Source of the DNA: a virus
Taxonomy: Duplodnaviria; Caudoviricetes
DNA: 25,019 nt
Strand: one strand, 5' to 3'
IMG/VR virus record: IMGVR_UViG_3300012948_000019
Coordinates: 1-25,019 of that record
The translations under genes were made by a program, and so were the position numbers. Positions 1-8,464 of this stretch are shown here, one piece after another. Position 1 is the first letter of the stretch; every line of letters starts with the position of its first letter. A model generated the notes under the pieces. That model had not been told where the DNA came from, did no database searches, and saw only the letters and a list, made by a program, of their open reading frames with translations.

Positions 1-132
1 GAGGGCGGGGCGACGGCGCAGAAAGCCGGCCCGGAGCCGACCAAGCAGAGTCGTACCCCGCCGACGCCGGAGCAATTCCGGCAGATGTCGCTCGAGGAGA
101 AACGCAAGGCGCTCGAGGGCGCCGCGCTCTAA
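1..132 (+). CDS. C-terminal end of probable capsid scaffolding protein (partial, starts before the window)
   Basis: Frame 1 is open from base 1 to TAA at 130-132 (...PTPEQFRQMSLEEKRKALEGAAL*). It lies immediately upstream of the capsid gene and ends in a charged helix typical of scaffolds. Confidence 0.6.
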   Translation, partial: EGGATAQKAGPEPTKQSRTPPTPEQFRQMSLEEKRKALEGAAL

Positions 133-147
133 TAGGAGGACGCCGCC

Positions 148-1473
148 ATGCCGGGCAGTACCTATAACTACAGCGACCCGGGGCTCTCGACCTCGACGAC
201 GCTGGTCAATGATCTTGCGCCGCTCTGGCTGCAGGATGAGCTCCTCGCCATTGCGCAGAAGCTCACCGTCTTTGCCGACATCGGCGACCAGCCGAACATG
301 CCGGACGGCGAGGGCAAGACCTACAGCGCGCAGCGCTACGAGCGGCTCCCGCTGCCGGGTGCGCCGCTCACTGAGGGCATCACGCCCGACTCGACCGCAC
401 TCGTCGTCAACAAGGTGACGGCGATTCTCGAGCAGTGGGGCATGGTCGTCTCCTTGACCGACGTCGCGCTGATGACGACGAAACACCCGGCGCTGACGGC
501 GGCGACCGACCGGCTCGGGAACGCGTCGGCGGAGCTCCAAGACCGCGAGATCCAAAAGGTGCTGATGGGCTCGGGGGTCGTCGTCTTCCCGGGCGGCAAG
601 ACGTCGCGGACGACGCTCGCTGCCGGGGACGTGCCGACCACGGATTTCGTTTCGGGCATCGTCGCGACGCTCCGCCAGCTCGGCGCGCCCTCCTTCCCGG
701 GCGCGATGTACGCGGGGGTCCTCGACCCGTACACCGAGCAAGATCTCGCCAAAGACTCGACCTTCGTCTCGTCGCACCAGTACGCCGAGACGACGGCGCT
801 GATGAACGCGGAGGTCGGCCGCTGGCGCGGCGTGCGCTGGAAGCGCTCGAACCTCCTCCCGATTATTTCGCTCTTGGCGACCGGTGCCGGGGGCGTGAGC
901 GCCGCGGCCATCACGTCGCTGCCGACGGGGGATACCGGGTTCACGGCCGGCTCGTCGGTGAAAGTCACGGCGGCACTCGCCGATCTGATTACCGGGCTCG
1001 ATAGCAAGCAGATTGCGACCGCCACCGTGACCAACGCCTCGGCCTTTGATGTGCAGTTCACGATTTCCGCGACCGCGCCCGAGGGCCGGTATAACCTCTA
1101 CGTGTCGGCTGAGGGCGGCACCATCCCGTTCTATCAGGGCATCGTGTCGAAGCCCGTCGGGGCGCAACTCTTGGTAAACGTCGCCAAGGTGAGCGGCGGT
1201 GTCTCCATTGGCTTCTCGTCGACCGGCGCACCCGCCGGCGCTGATCCGCCCTCGTCCGCGTTCAACGTACATATCGGCTACATCTTCGGGAAAAGCGCCT
1301 TTGCGGTGCCGGCGCTCGGTGCCCGCACCATCACGACCTTGACACCCGCGACCGCGAGCGACTCCGACCCACTCAAGCAGCGCCGCAAAGCGGGCTTCAA
1401 GTTCATGACCAAGACGTGCATTCTGAACACGGACTTCTTCCGGCGTTTCGAGTGCTCGAGCGCGTTCGGTTGA
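148..1473 (+). CDS. Major capsid protein, N4-gp56-like (HK97 fold), 441 aa
   Basis: AGGAGG RBS at 135-140. Motifs MPDGEGKT..RYERL, LTEGITP, LEQWG..V.LTD, AEVGRWRGVRW and C-terminal SDSDPLKQRRKAGFK match the pattern of N4-gp56-type capsid proteins. Confidence 0.88.
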   Translation: MPGSTYNYSDPGLSTSTTLVNDLAPLWLQDELLAIAQKLTVFADIGDQPNMPDGEGKTYSAQRYERLPLPGAPLTEGITPDSTALVVNKVTAILEQWGMVVSLTDVALMTTKHPALTAATDRLGNASAELQDREIQKVLMGSGVVVFPGGKTSRTTLAAGDVPTTDFVSGIVATLRQLGAPSFPGAMYAGVLDPYTEQDLAKDSTFVSSHQYAETTALMNAEVGRWRGVRWKRSNLLPIISLLATGAGGVSAAAITSLPTGDTGFTAGSSVKVTAALADLITGLDSKQIATATVTNASAFDVQFTISATAPEGRYNLYVSAEGGTIPFYQGIVSKPVGAQLLVNVAKVSGGVSIGFSSTGAPAGADPPSSAFNVHIGYIFGKSAFAVPALGARTITTLTPATASDSDPLKQRRKAGFKFMTKTCILNTDFFRRFECSSAFG

Positions 1474-1478
1474 TTCCG

Positions 1479-1987
1479 ATGGGACGCCCTCCCGGCCGCC
1501 CGCGGGCGGTCCATGATCCGGTCGTCGGCACGGGTGACGACCTTCTTGAGCCTGAGACGCCGCTTGAGCCCGAGGAGGTCGCTGCTGCCGCGCTCGACGA
1601 CCGCGCCCATTTGACCCCGGAGGTCGTGCGCGCACTCAACGACACATGGCGCGACGTCGTGCAGTACGACGACGAGGGGAGCAAGCAGCTCGCGCGGCGC
1701 ATCGTTGGCCGACTCCGTCGGGCCACGCACTTGGAGCTCCATCCCGGCTGCGAGCGGGTCACCGTTACGTACCCATGCTCGCCAACAAGACCTATGCGCG
1801 GATCAACGAGCGCGTGTACTTCGGGCGGGTCGAGGTCTGGGACTGCGAGGCGCGCACCTTGGCAAGCCTCGTCTACGAGGCCCGCAAGGTCGAGGCGCAG
1901 CGCATGGACGACAAGCAGAGCGAGCATCCGACCATGGATCTCGATTCGCCGTTTGCCGAGCGGGCGCGGGCGATTCAACGGGCATGA
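1479..1987 (+). pseudogene. Post-capsid virion-associated protein (~169 aa) interrupted by an apparent -1 frameshift near 1764-1770
   Basis: The frame from ATG 1479 is protein-like up to ERVTV. The -1 frame then continues VPMLANKTYARINERVYFGRVEV... to TGA 1985-1987, which overlaps the next ATG. Confidence 0.6.
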
Positions 1988-2337
1988 TGGCGAAAGGCCC
2001 CGCGACGCGTCATGGCGGCACCCCGCCGTTTTCCGGCCAGCTCGTCAAGGCGACGGGCGAGAACGAGCACGTGACAATCGCCTTCACGGCCCGCACGCCC
2101 GACGAGCTCGAGGCCGCCCTCGCCGCGGCGGGCGCTGCGGCCCTCAAGCGCTTGCAGGCCAATAACGCCGCCGTCTTGAGCGCCGGCGCGCATTTCGAGC
2201 AACGCCAACGCCAAGTGTACCACCACGCGGTCGGGCAGCTCCGCCAAGAGCTCGGGCTGCCCGACCCGCCCGCGGAGGAGGACGCGACTCGTGCCGACAA
2301 TCCCGCCGGGGCGGTACACGCGGCAGAAAATCCGTGA
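1984..2337 (+). CDS. Hypothetical virion-operon protein, 117 aa
   Basis: ATGA overlap with the upstream stop. Ala-rich helical sequence that fills the gap before the adaptor gene. Confidence 0.7.
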   Translation: MMAKGPATRHGGTPPFSGQLVKATGENEHVTIAFTARTPDELEAALAAAGAAALKRLQANNAAVLSAGAHFEQRQRQVYHHAVGQLRQELGLPDPPAEEDATRADNPAGAVHAAENP

Positions 2338-2983
2338 CCTCGCGCTAAACCGCGCGGGCAACCGCGCGCTCGACGCCGACGCCGCCGACTTTCTCGCGCA
2401 GCACCTCTTCGAGCTCTACACGCTCGCCGACTGGCCGTTTCTCTACGTCTCGGCCCCGCTCACGCTCTCGGGCCCCATGGTCACCTTGCCGGCCGACTTC
2501 GTCACGGCGACCGATGACCACGGCTTTCAGATCATCGCGATTGATGGCAGCCCGCAAGCAAACCTGTTTGCGCTCGAGCTGTCGCCCGAGGAGCTCGCCA
2601 CGATCGCCCCGCCGGCCGGCTCAAGTGCCGGCGGCGTGCCGCTCTACTGGGCGGTGTCGCGAAGCGATACGACGGCACGCGTCGCCCCCGACCCGACGGG
2701 CCGGCGGATTGATGTCGTCTTGCGCTACAAGCGCTTGCCGCCCGAGCCGCTCCCCGCCGACGAGCCCGCCGATATCCCCGTGTTCCCGTATCATAACTAC
2801 CTCGTGCAGGCGGTCTATGTGTTTGCGCTCGAGCACGAGCGCGACGCCCGGGCACAAGCCGAGGCCGCCAGTCGTGATAATCTCTTGGCACTCATCCGCC
2901 GCGGCGCGGCCCCGCTGCGCTCGCAACGCGCCGACATTCCACTTGACCCGGCCGTGTTTCGCCGGCCGTACCGAGGCGACTAG
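2291..2983 (+). CDS. Putative head-tail adaptor (T7 gp11 / P22 gp4-like position), 230 aa
   Basis: GGAGG RBS and GTG start. Motifs ADWPFL, LPADF and P.YW...P.P, plus size and position just before the large nozzle-like gene. Confidence 0.65.
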   Translation: MPTIPPGRYTRQKIRDLALNRAGNRALDADAADFLAQHLFELYTLADWPFLYVSAPLTLSGPMVTLPADFVTATDDHGFQIIAIDGSPQANLFALELSPEELATIAPPAGSSAGGVPLYWAVSRSDTTARVAPDPTGRRIDVVLRYKRLPPEPLPADEPADIPVFPYHNYLVQAVYVFALEHERDARAQAEAASRDNLLALIRRGAAPLRSQRADIPLDPAVFRRPYRGD

Positions 2984-5008
2984 ATGCCGGGCGCCCCCGA
3001 CCGCGAGACGCCGCTGCCCGTCCGACGCTTCCAGGGCACCATGCTCGCCATGGACCCCGCATTCACGCCCCCGGGCTTTCTCACGCACGCCGAGAATTGG
3101 GTGCCCGATCTCACCTATGTGCTGAGCAAGCGCCGCGGCAGTCTCTCCTGGGTGCGGCTCCCGCAGCCGGGGCGTTGCGACCCGCTCGTCTACACCACGG
3201 CAACCGATGGCCATCGCTATCTCTACGCGGTGGCTGCAGACCAGCTCTACGTGTCGCAGGATGATAGCCCGTTTAGTCCCGTCACAAACGGCCTCTTTCC
3301 GGGCACCCGGGCGGCCCGCGCGGCAGGCACCGACAACCGCTACGGGGCCGCCGTCGTCGCCGATACGCTCTACGTCGGCAGCGACGTCGATCCGATCAAG
3401 GAGGTGCCCCTTGGTGGCGCGGCCACCGATTTGGTGCCGCTCGTGAGTCTGGATGATACCGGACAGGCAACGACGCTCACCGCTGATGATGCCACGCGCG
3501 TGCTCGCCGGGACGTATAGCTATCGGTGGGGCCTCTACGATCACGCGGCGAGCGTCTGGACGAAGATCGGGCCCGTGCGCACGGTGACGACGGGCGGCAC
3601 GGGCCGGCAGCGCATCGCGTTCACGGCACCGAGCGGGGCCCTCTCGGGGCAACTGCTGTATCACCTCTTCTTGGCGGGGGTTGACCAAGAGATTGAAGGC
3701 GCACACGACCAGACGCCCGCCGGGCTCCCTGCCGGGGGGCAATTCGCCTTGTGGGATGACCCGGCCGTGGAATCCGTCGGCGTGCCGACGCCGTCGAGCG
3801 TGGTCCGGCGCGGCTCGCATCTCATCGCACATCGCGGCCGCTTGTGGGGTGCCGGCGGCCTCGATGCGACGCGCCGACGGGCCTGGGCGACGAGTGTGCT
3901 CGTCCCCGGGCTCGAGCAGACCCTCTATGAGCAAGGACTCTTCTTTCCTGCGGCGGCGGTGAGTCCGGACCTCGGCGCGCCGGTGACCGGCTTTGCCGTC
4001 GCGAGTTTGAGCTCGACCAACCGGAGCCCGACGTCGCCGCTCGGGATCTTCACCGCCACAAGTACGTGGCTCTATTTCGGCGACCCGCTCGACGACCCCC
4101 AGAGCGAGCTCGTACAGGTCTCGGGCGAGATCGGCTGCCCGGGCGACCGGACCATCGTGGCGACCCCGGTCGGCGTCCTCTTCTGCGGCAAGCGCAGCGT
4201 CTATCTCTTGACCCCGCAACAAGCCGAGCCACGCGACGTGGGCTGGCCAATCGAGCCGGCGGTGCGGGCACAACCCGTGCCGTTCCGCACGCGGGCCTGG
4301 GCCATCTTTCATCGCGGGTTTTATAAGCTGGCGCTCGTGCCCGCCGGCGGGAGCGACCCGAGCGAGGAATGGTGGCTCGACCTCCGCCACGGCTTGACCG
4401 ATCCCCCGCAATGGTGGGGGCCGCATACGACGCCGGCGTATACGGCGGCCGCCCGCGCGACCGATCATCCAGATGAGGAGGACCGAGCCTGGGCCGCGCA
4501 AGACGGCTCGAGCACGTTTTTTGTGCTCCTCGACCAGCCCGACGAGTACATGGATCCGATCGGGCCGCGGAGCGGTGGGCAATGGAACGTGGCGCAATGG
4601 AACACGGGCCAGTGGGCCACCGAAGTCTCTGCGGCGATTGTCTCGCGGCTGCGCACGGCACTCCTCGATGCGCAGCAACCGTTGACGCCGAAACTCGCCA
4701 AGCGGGCCCGGATCATCGCGCAGACGGTCGATACGACCTCGCTCGGCATCGTCGTGCATTCAGACTATGGCTATGCCGCGTCGGGGACGCTCGTCTTCCC
4801 CACCCCGCCGGGGGACGCGTGGGACACGAGTGATTGGAACGTGAGCGACTTTGCCATGCGCTGGACCGTGCTCAGCGAATTTGAATGCCCCGTGCCAGAG
4901 CCCCGGGGCCGGGCCTTTACGGCGACCTTGACGCACGTCGATGCGCTCCCCTGCGATCTCCGAGACTTTGAGTTGCGTGTCCAGCCCTCGGCCCGGGAGA
5001 CGCGATAA
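2984..5008 (+). CDS. Putative tail nozzle / stabilisation protein (T7 gp12 / P22 gp10-like), 674 aa
   Basis: Abuts the upstream TAG. N-terminal ENW..D....LSKRRG, HRGRLW, IGC, a beta-rich composition and Trp repeats (WNVAQWNTGQW, WDTSDWNVSDF) are consistent with podoviral nozzle proteins. Confidence 0.7.
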   Translation: MPGAPDRETPLPVRRFQGTMLAMDPAFTPPGFLTHAENWVPDLTYVLSKRRGSLSWVRLPQPGRCDPLVYTTATDGHRYLYAVAADQLYVSQDDSPFSPVTNGLFPGTRAARAAGTDNRYGAAVVADTLYVGSDVDPIKEVPLGGAATDLVPLVSLDDTGQATTLTADDATRVLAGTYSYRWGLYDHAASVWTKIGPVRTVTTGGTGRQRIAFTAPSGALSGQLLYHLFLAGVDQEIEGAHDQTPAGLPAGGQFALWDDPAVESVGVPTPSSVVRRGSHLIAHRGRLWGAGGLDATRRRAWATSVLVPGLEQTLYEQGLFFPAAAVSPDLGAPVTGFAVASLSSTNRSPTSPLGIFTATSTWLYFGDPLDDPQSELVQVSGEIGCPGDRTIVATPVGVLFCGKRSVYLLTPQQAEPRDVGWPIEPAVRAQPVPFRTRAWAIFHRGFYKLALVPAGGSDPSEEWWLDLRHGLTDPPQWWGPHTTPAYTAAARATDHPDEEDRAWAAQDGSSTFFVLLDQPDEYMDPIGPRSGGQWNVAQWNTGQWATEVSAAIVSRLRTALLDAQQPLTPKLAKRARIIAQTVDTTSLGIVVHSDYGYAASGTLVFPTPPGDAWDTSDWNVSDFAMRWTVLSEFECPVPEPRGRAFTATLTHVDALPCDLRDFELRVQPSARETR

Positions 5009-5944
5009 ATGGCGAAGATTCCGCGGCCGCCGAAGCAGGGCAATACGACGAGCTATGTCGCCAAGGTGGCGGCGGGCTATACGAAGATCCTCGCCGGCGA
5101 GGTCGATGCCGATTTGGATACGATTTACGACGCATGGAACAACGGCACCGATACCGCGAATCTGAAAGATGGCTCGGTCACGAGCGCAAAACTCGCCGCC
5201 GATGCGGTTGGCCCGCGCGAGCTCGCCGACGGTGCGGTGTTCACGGCCCATCTACAAGACCTCGCGGTGACGACACCGAAACTCGCGGACGGTGCCGTGA
5301 CAGACGCCAAAGTGAGCAACGTGGCGTGGGGGAAGGTGACCGGCGCGCCGACGACCTATCCGCCGTCGGGCCCGGCGGGCGGCAGCTTAAGCGGGAGCTA
5401 TCCGAATCCCGGCATTGCGGCGGGCGCCATCACCGCGGCGGCGCTGGCAGCGGATACCATCACGGCCGCGCAGATTGCCCCGCTGGCCGTCGGCACGTCA
5501 GAGCTCGCGGACGTCGCCGTCACACGTGCGAAACTCGCCCCGGGTGCCATCCAAGGAAACACGCAATATGTGACCATGCCGACGACCTTTAGCTACAATG
5601 CGACCGGCGTCTGGAATCCCGTGGTCGCGCTCGCCGCGCTCAACACGCGCGCAGCCGGCTTGGTCTTTCTCGCGACCAATCACGGGCTCTGCTACCTCAT
5701 CAACGACGGCGGGCTCATTCAGGTGCGCTGGACACGCAACGGGACGCATATCTGCAGCACGAGCGTCAAGGGCGCGGGCAACGTGGCCGTGGCGTCGGCC
5801 TTGCCCAATCTCTCCTGGTATGACGCCGTACCCGCGGCCGGAGCCTACACCTATCAGCTCGAGGTGAAAATTGCCGGCAGCGGCGGGACGATTTTCGTGA
5901 GCGGTGATGCGGGATGCGGCATCGCGGCGTGGGAGATTGGATAA
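5009..5944 (+). CDS. Tail fibre / receptor-binding protein 1, 311 aa
   Basis: Repeats of the VTxAKLA(D) type, a GGSLSGSYPNP motif and a beta-rich C-terminal domain. The N-terminus is paralogous to that of the next gene. Confidence 0.72.
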   Translation: MAKIPRPPKQGNTTSYVAKVAAGYTKILAGEVDADLDTIYDAWNNGTDTANLKDGSVTSAKLAADAVGPRELADGAVFTAHLQDLAVTTPKLADGAVTDAKVSNVAWGKVTGAPTTYPPSGPAGGSLSGSYPNPGIAAGAITAAALAADTITAAQIAPLAVGTSELADVAVTRAKLAPGAIQGNTQYVTMPTTFSYNATGVWNPVVALAALNTRAAGLVFLATNHGLCYLINDGGLIQVRWTRNGTHICSTSVKGAGNVAVASALPNLSWYDAVPAAGAYTYQLEVKIAGSGGTIFVSGDAGCGIAAWEIG

Positions 5945-7129
5945 ATGGCGCTCACACGGCCACTCAAAGAGGGCAGCGTCACCACGTATCAGGCAAAGGT
6001 CGGGCTCGGCTTCAAGGATATTCTCGCGAGCGAGGCCGACGCCGATCACGACACCATCTACGCGGCATGGAATGGCGCGCTCGGCGGGGACCTGAGCGGG
6101 AACCTGCCGAATCCGACGGTGGTCGCGGCGGCGAAGTCCAAGTGGACGGTGTCGGGCACGACGCTCACGCCGACCGATGCGACGAAGACGGTCAGCGTGC
6201 CCGGTGGGGCGGCAGCGACGGGGACGGCGTCTGTGATTCTCGGGAGCAATACCGCGAAAGCGCGGGTGCAAACACTGAACACGGTTGCCAGCCAGAACAC
6301 TTGGTTGTCAATGTCGGTTAATCGCGACGTGGCCGCTGGAACGCAGGATGATGCGACTAAGGTCTCGTGGTCGAGCGTAATCAATATCAGCCTCGATAAT
6401 CTCGCCGTGTCGCGACAACCTGCGGGTGGTGCCAACGTCGCTCTGCTTACGCTCGACAACGCGGGCAATCTGACGCTTCCGGGCGTCGATAACGGCATCG
6501 CGCGGCTTGCGCTGAAGGGGATCGGGACGGCCGCTACGGGGGGGCAAGTCGATCTCTATGAGGCGCGGGGCACGGCAGGCTCGCCCGCGGCGACGACGCT
6601 GAATGATGTGTTGGGGCAGGTGACGGGATGGGGCTACGGCACGAGCTACGCGGCCAGTCCACTCTTGCGATTCGTCGCAAACGAAACGTGGACGGCGACG
6701 GCGCATGGGGCGAGCGCGTATATTTACACGACGCCGCTCGGGTCCACCTCCGCCACGAGTAGCCTCTGGTTTGACTACAATGGCAATATCACCATCTCGG
6801 GCGCGGTGGCGATCAAGGCCAGTGGCACCGCGTGGCAAAACCCCTCCGACATTCGCTTGAAGAAAAATGTCGCGAGGTACACGCGCGGCCTCTCCGAGAT
6901 TCTCCAACTTGAGCCGATCAGCTACACGCTTAAGCAAAACGACATTGATACCTGCGGTTTCGATGCCGAGAAAGTTCGCGCCGTATTCCCCGAATGCGTC
7001 ACCGAGACGCGCATGAAACTGGACCCGGCCGACGAAGAAGAGACGGAGGGCGTGCTCACCTTCGATATGCACCCGATCCTCGTCGCGCTCGTGAACGCGG
7101 TGCGGGAACTGGCGGAGAAGGTCCCGTGA
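5945..7129 (+). CDS. Tail fibre protein 2 with C-terminal intramolecular chaperone (peptidase S74-like) domain, 394 aa
   Basis: PSDIRLKKNV autocleavage motif, followed by GL..I..L.PISY, GF.AE.V..VFPE.V and a terminal LVNAVREL helix. Confidence 0.85.
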   Translation: MALTRPLKEGSVTTYQAKVGLGFKDILASEADADHDTIYAAWNGALGGDLSGNLPNPTVVAAAKSKWTVSGTTLTPTDATKTVSVPGGAAATGTASVILGSNTAKARVQTLNTVASQNTWLSMSVNRDVAAGTQDDATKVSWSSVINISLDNLAVSRQPAGGANVALLTLDNAGNLTLPGVDNGIARLALKGIGTAATGGQVDLYEARGTAGSPAATTLNDVLGQVTGWGYGTSYAASPLLRFVANETWTATAHGASAYIYTTPLGSTSATSSLWFDYNGNITISGAVAIKASGTAWQNPSDIRLKKNVARYTRGLSEILQLEPISYTLKQNDIDTCGFDAEKVRAVFPECVTETRMKLDPADEEETEGVLTFDMHPILVALVNAVRELAEKVP

Positions 7130-7332
7130 TGTCGCAGGTGATTGAGGCGAAGATCCAACAGCATCGCGCGGAGCTCACGCGGCAACGCGGCCGCTTGGCC
7201 GAGCTCCGTCGCGGCGTCGCCGAGGCGCGGGCCATGTGCGCCCGGCTCGAGGGCGCCGTGCTCGCACTCGAGGAGCTCGGTGCCGCCCCCGCCACCGACA
7301 CGGATGGCGCCGGTGAGGACGCCACGTCATGA
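7129..7332 (+). CDS. Small coiled-coil protein, 67 aa (possible tail-fibre assembly factor)
   Basis: ATG 7129 overlaps the fibre stop, and its own stop overlaps the next ATG. Heptad pattern MSQVIEAKIQQHRAELTRQRGRLAEL. Confidence 0.65.
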   Translation: MSQVIEAKIQQHRAELTRQRGRLAELRRGVAEARAMCARLEGAVLALEELGAAPATDTDGAGEDATS

Positions 7333-7949
7333 CGGTCCGTCCCGCCGTCTTTGCCGACGTGCCCAGCCTCCGCCGCCTCTATGCGGCGCTGCAAGCCGAG
7401 CTCGCGCTGGCGTACCCAGTGCCCTATCCCGGGCATGCCTCCGAGGATCTTGACAGCTTCACCCTCTTGGCCGCCCGCCGCCTCGAGCAGGATCCAACGT
7501 TGCTTTTCTACGTCGCCGTGGACGACCAGACGGGCGAGCTCCTCGGCTTTCTCGGCGGCGAGATCTCGGAACGCGCCATCGGCGAGCCGCGTGTCTTTGG
7601 GGCCGCGCATTGGCTCTACATCGTGCCCGATGCGCGGGGCCGCGGCCTCGCCCGCGCGCTTGCCGCGCGCGGCGTCGCCGACTTGGAGGCGCTCGGCGTG
7701 ACGCACGTCGAGATTGGCGCCATTGCCGGTGATACGCAATGGGCGACTCGCGGCTGGCTCCCCTATCTCGTCCACCACGTGTTACCGCTCGCGGCCGTTC
7801 GGGCCGGCGTCGCCGAGCGCCCTGCCGTCGCTCAACCCACCTCGGCGGCCCCGACGGCGCCGGCCCCAGTCGAACCGCCACCGCGGAAGCGCCGTCGGCG
7901 GCGGCGCACGGTGCCGCGGCCGAAGCTGGTTGCCGGGGGCCGCGCATGA
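7329..7949 (+). CDS. GNAT-family acyltransferase 1, 206 aa, with Pro/Arg-rich C-terminal tail
   Basis: Acyl-CoA-binding motif A (LYIVPDARGRGLARAL), N-terminal VRPAVFAD and C-terminal W..RGW. Confidence 0.85.
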   Translation: MTVRPAVFADVPSLRRLYAALQAELALAYPVPYPGHASEDLDSFTLLAARRLEQDPTLLFYVAVDDQTGELLGFLGGEISERAIGEPRVFGAAHWLYIVPDARGRGLARALAARGVADLEALGVTHVEIGAIAGDTQWATRGWLPYLVHHVLPLAAVRAGVAERPAVAQPTSAAPTAPAPVEPPPRKRRRRRRTVPRPKLVAGGRA

Positions 7950-8464
7950 CGCTCGTCGTGCGCACCGCGGAGCCGGGCGACCGCCACGGGCTCGAGCTCC
8001 TCTTGGCCGCCCTCATGCGGGAGCATCAACGCACCTATCCCGGTGCCTATCCGGTCATGCCGCCCGAGGAGGCCGCCGCGCTCTATGCCGCCTCCTACGC
8101 AGCGCGGTTGTTTGAAGATCCACGTCTCGTCGCCGTGCTGGCCGCCGACCGCGCGCCCGTGGGGTGTCTGGTGGGGGAAGTGAGCACGCGCACCGTCGGT
8201 CAGCCGGCGACGGTTTGCTTCGTCGAATGGTTCTATGTCACGCCGGAATCGCGCGGGCTCGGCATTGGACGGGCCCTTGTCCGTGCCGGGTTAACGGTCC
8301 TTCGGGAGCACGGCGTGACCCACGTTGAGTGCCGCAGCGTGCCCGGCGACCGGCAATGGCAACGGCGCGGCTGGCAGGAAACGGCGCGCTCCTACGTTGC
8401 CCCCATGGCGCAGGTCACGGCCTGGGCCGGCCCTGATGAGGAGAGCGGTAATGGTTCCGCATGA
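7946..8464 (+). CDS. GNAT-family acyltransferase 2, 172 aa
   Basis: ATG 7946 (ATGA overlap). Motif A reads FYVTPESRGLGIGRAL. Paralogous to GNAT 1 (GVTHVE...GD.QW..RGW in both). Confidence 0.85.
   Translation: MTLVVRTAEPGDRHGLELLLAALMREHQRTYPGAYPVMPPEEAAALYAASYAARLFEDPRLVAVLAADRAPVGCLVGEVSTRTVGQPATVCFVEWFYVTPESRGLGIGRALVRAGLTVLREHGVTHVECRSVPGDRQWQRRGWQETARSYVAPMAQVTAWAGPDEESGNGSA

Noticed and set aside
1493-1512. GC hairpin after the capsid stop as a terminator
   Set aside because: It has no U-tract and lies within the next coding region.
2621-4759. 712-aa minus-strand ORF and many other long antisense or alternate-frame ORFs (for example 9796-11403 and 18642-19715)
   Set aside because: These are shadows of real genes in high-GC DNA: Arg/Pro/Gly-rich, with no motifs and no RBS.
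5009-7129. Diversity-generating retroelement or invertible tail-fibre cassette
   Set aside because: No reverse transcriptase, no template/variable repeat pair and no invertase or inverted crossover sites were seen in the window.
7329-8464. GNAT toxin-antitoxin module or antibiotic-resistance acetyltransferases
   Set aside because: There is no adjacent antitoxin, and the genes are translationally coupled inside the virion operon.
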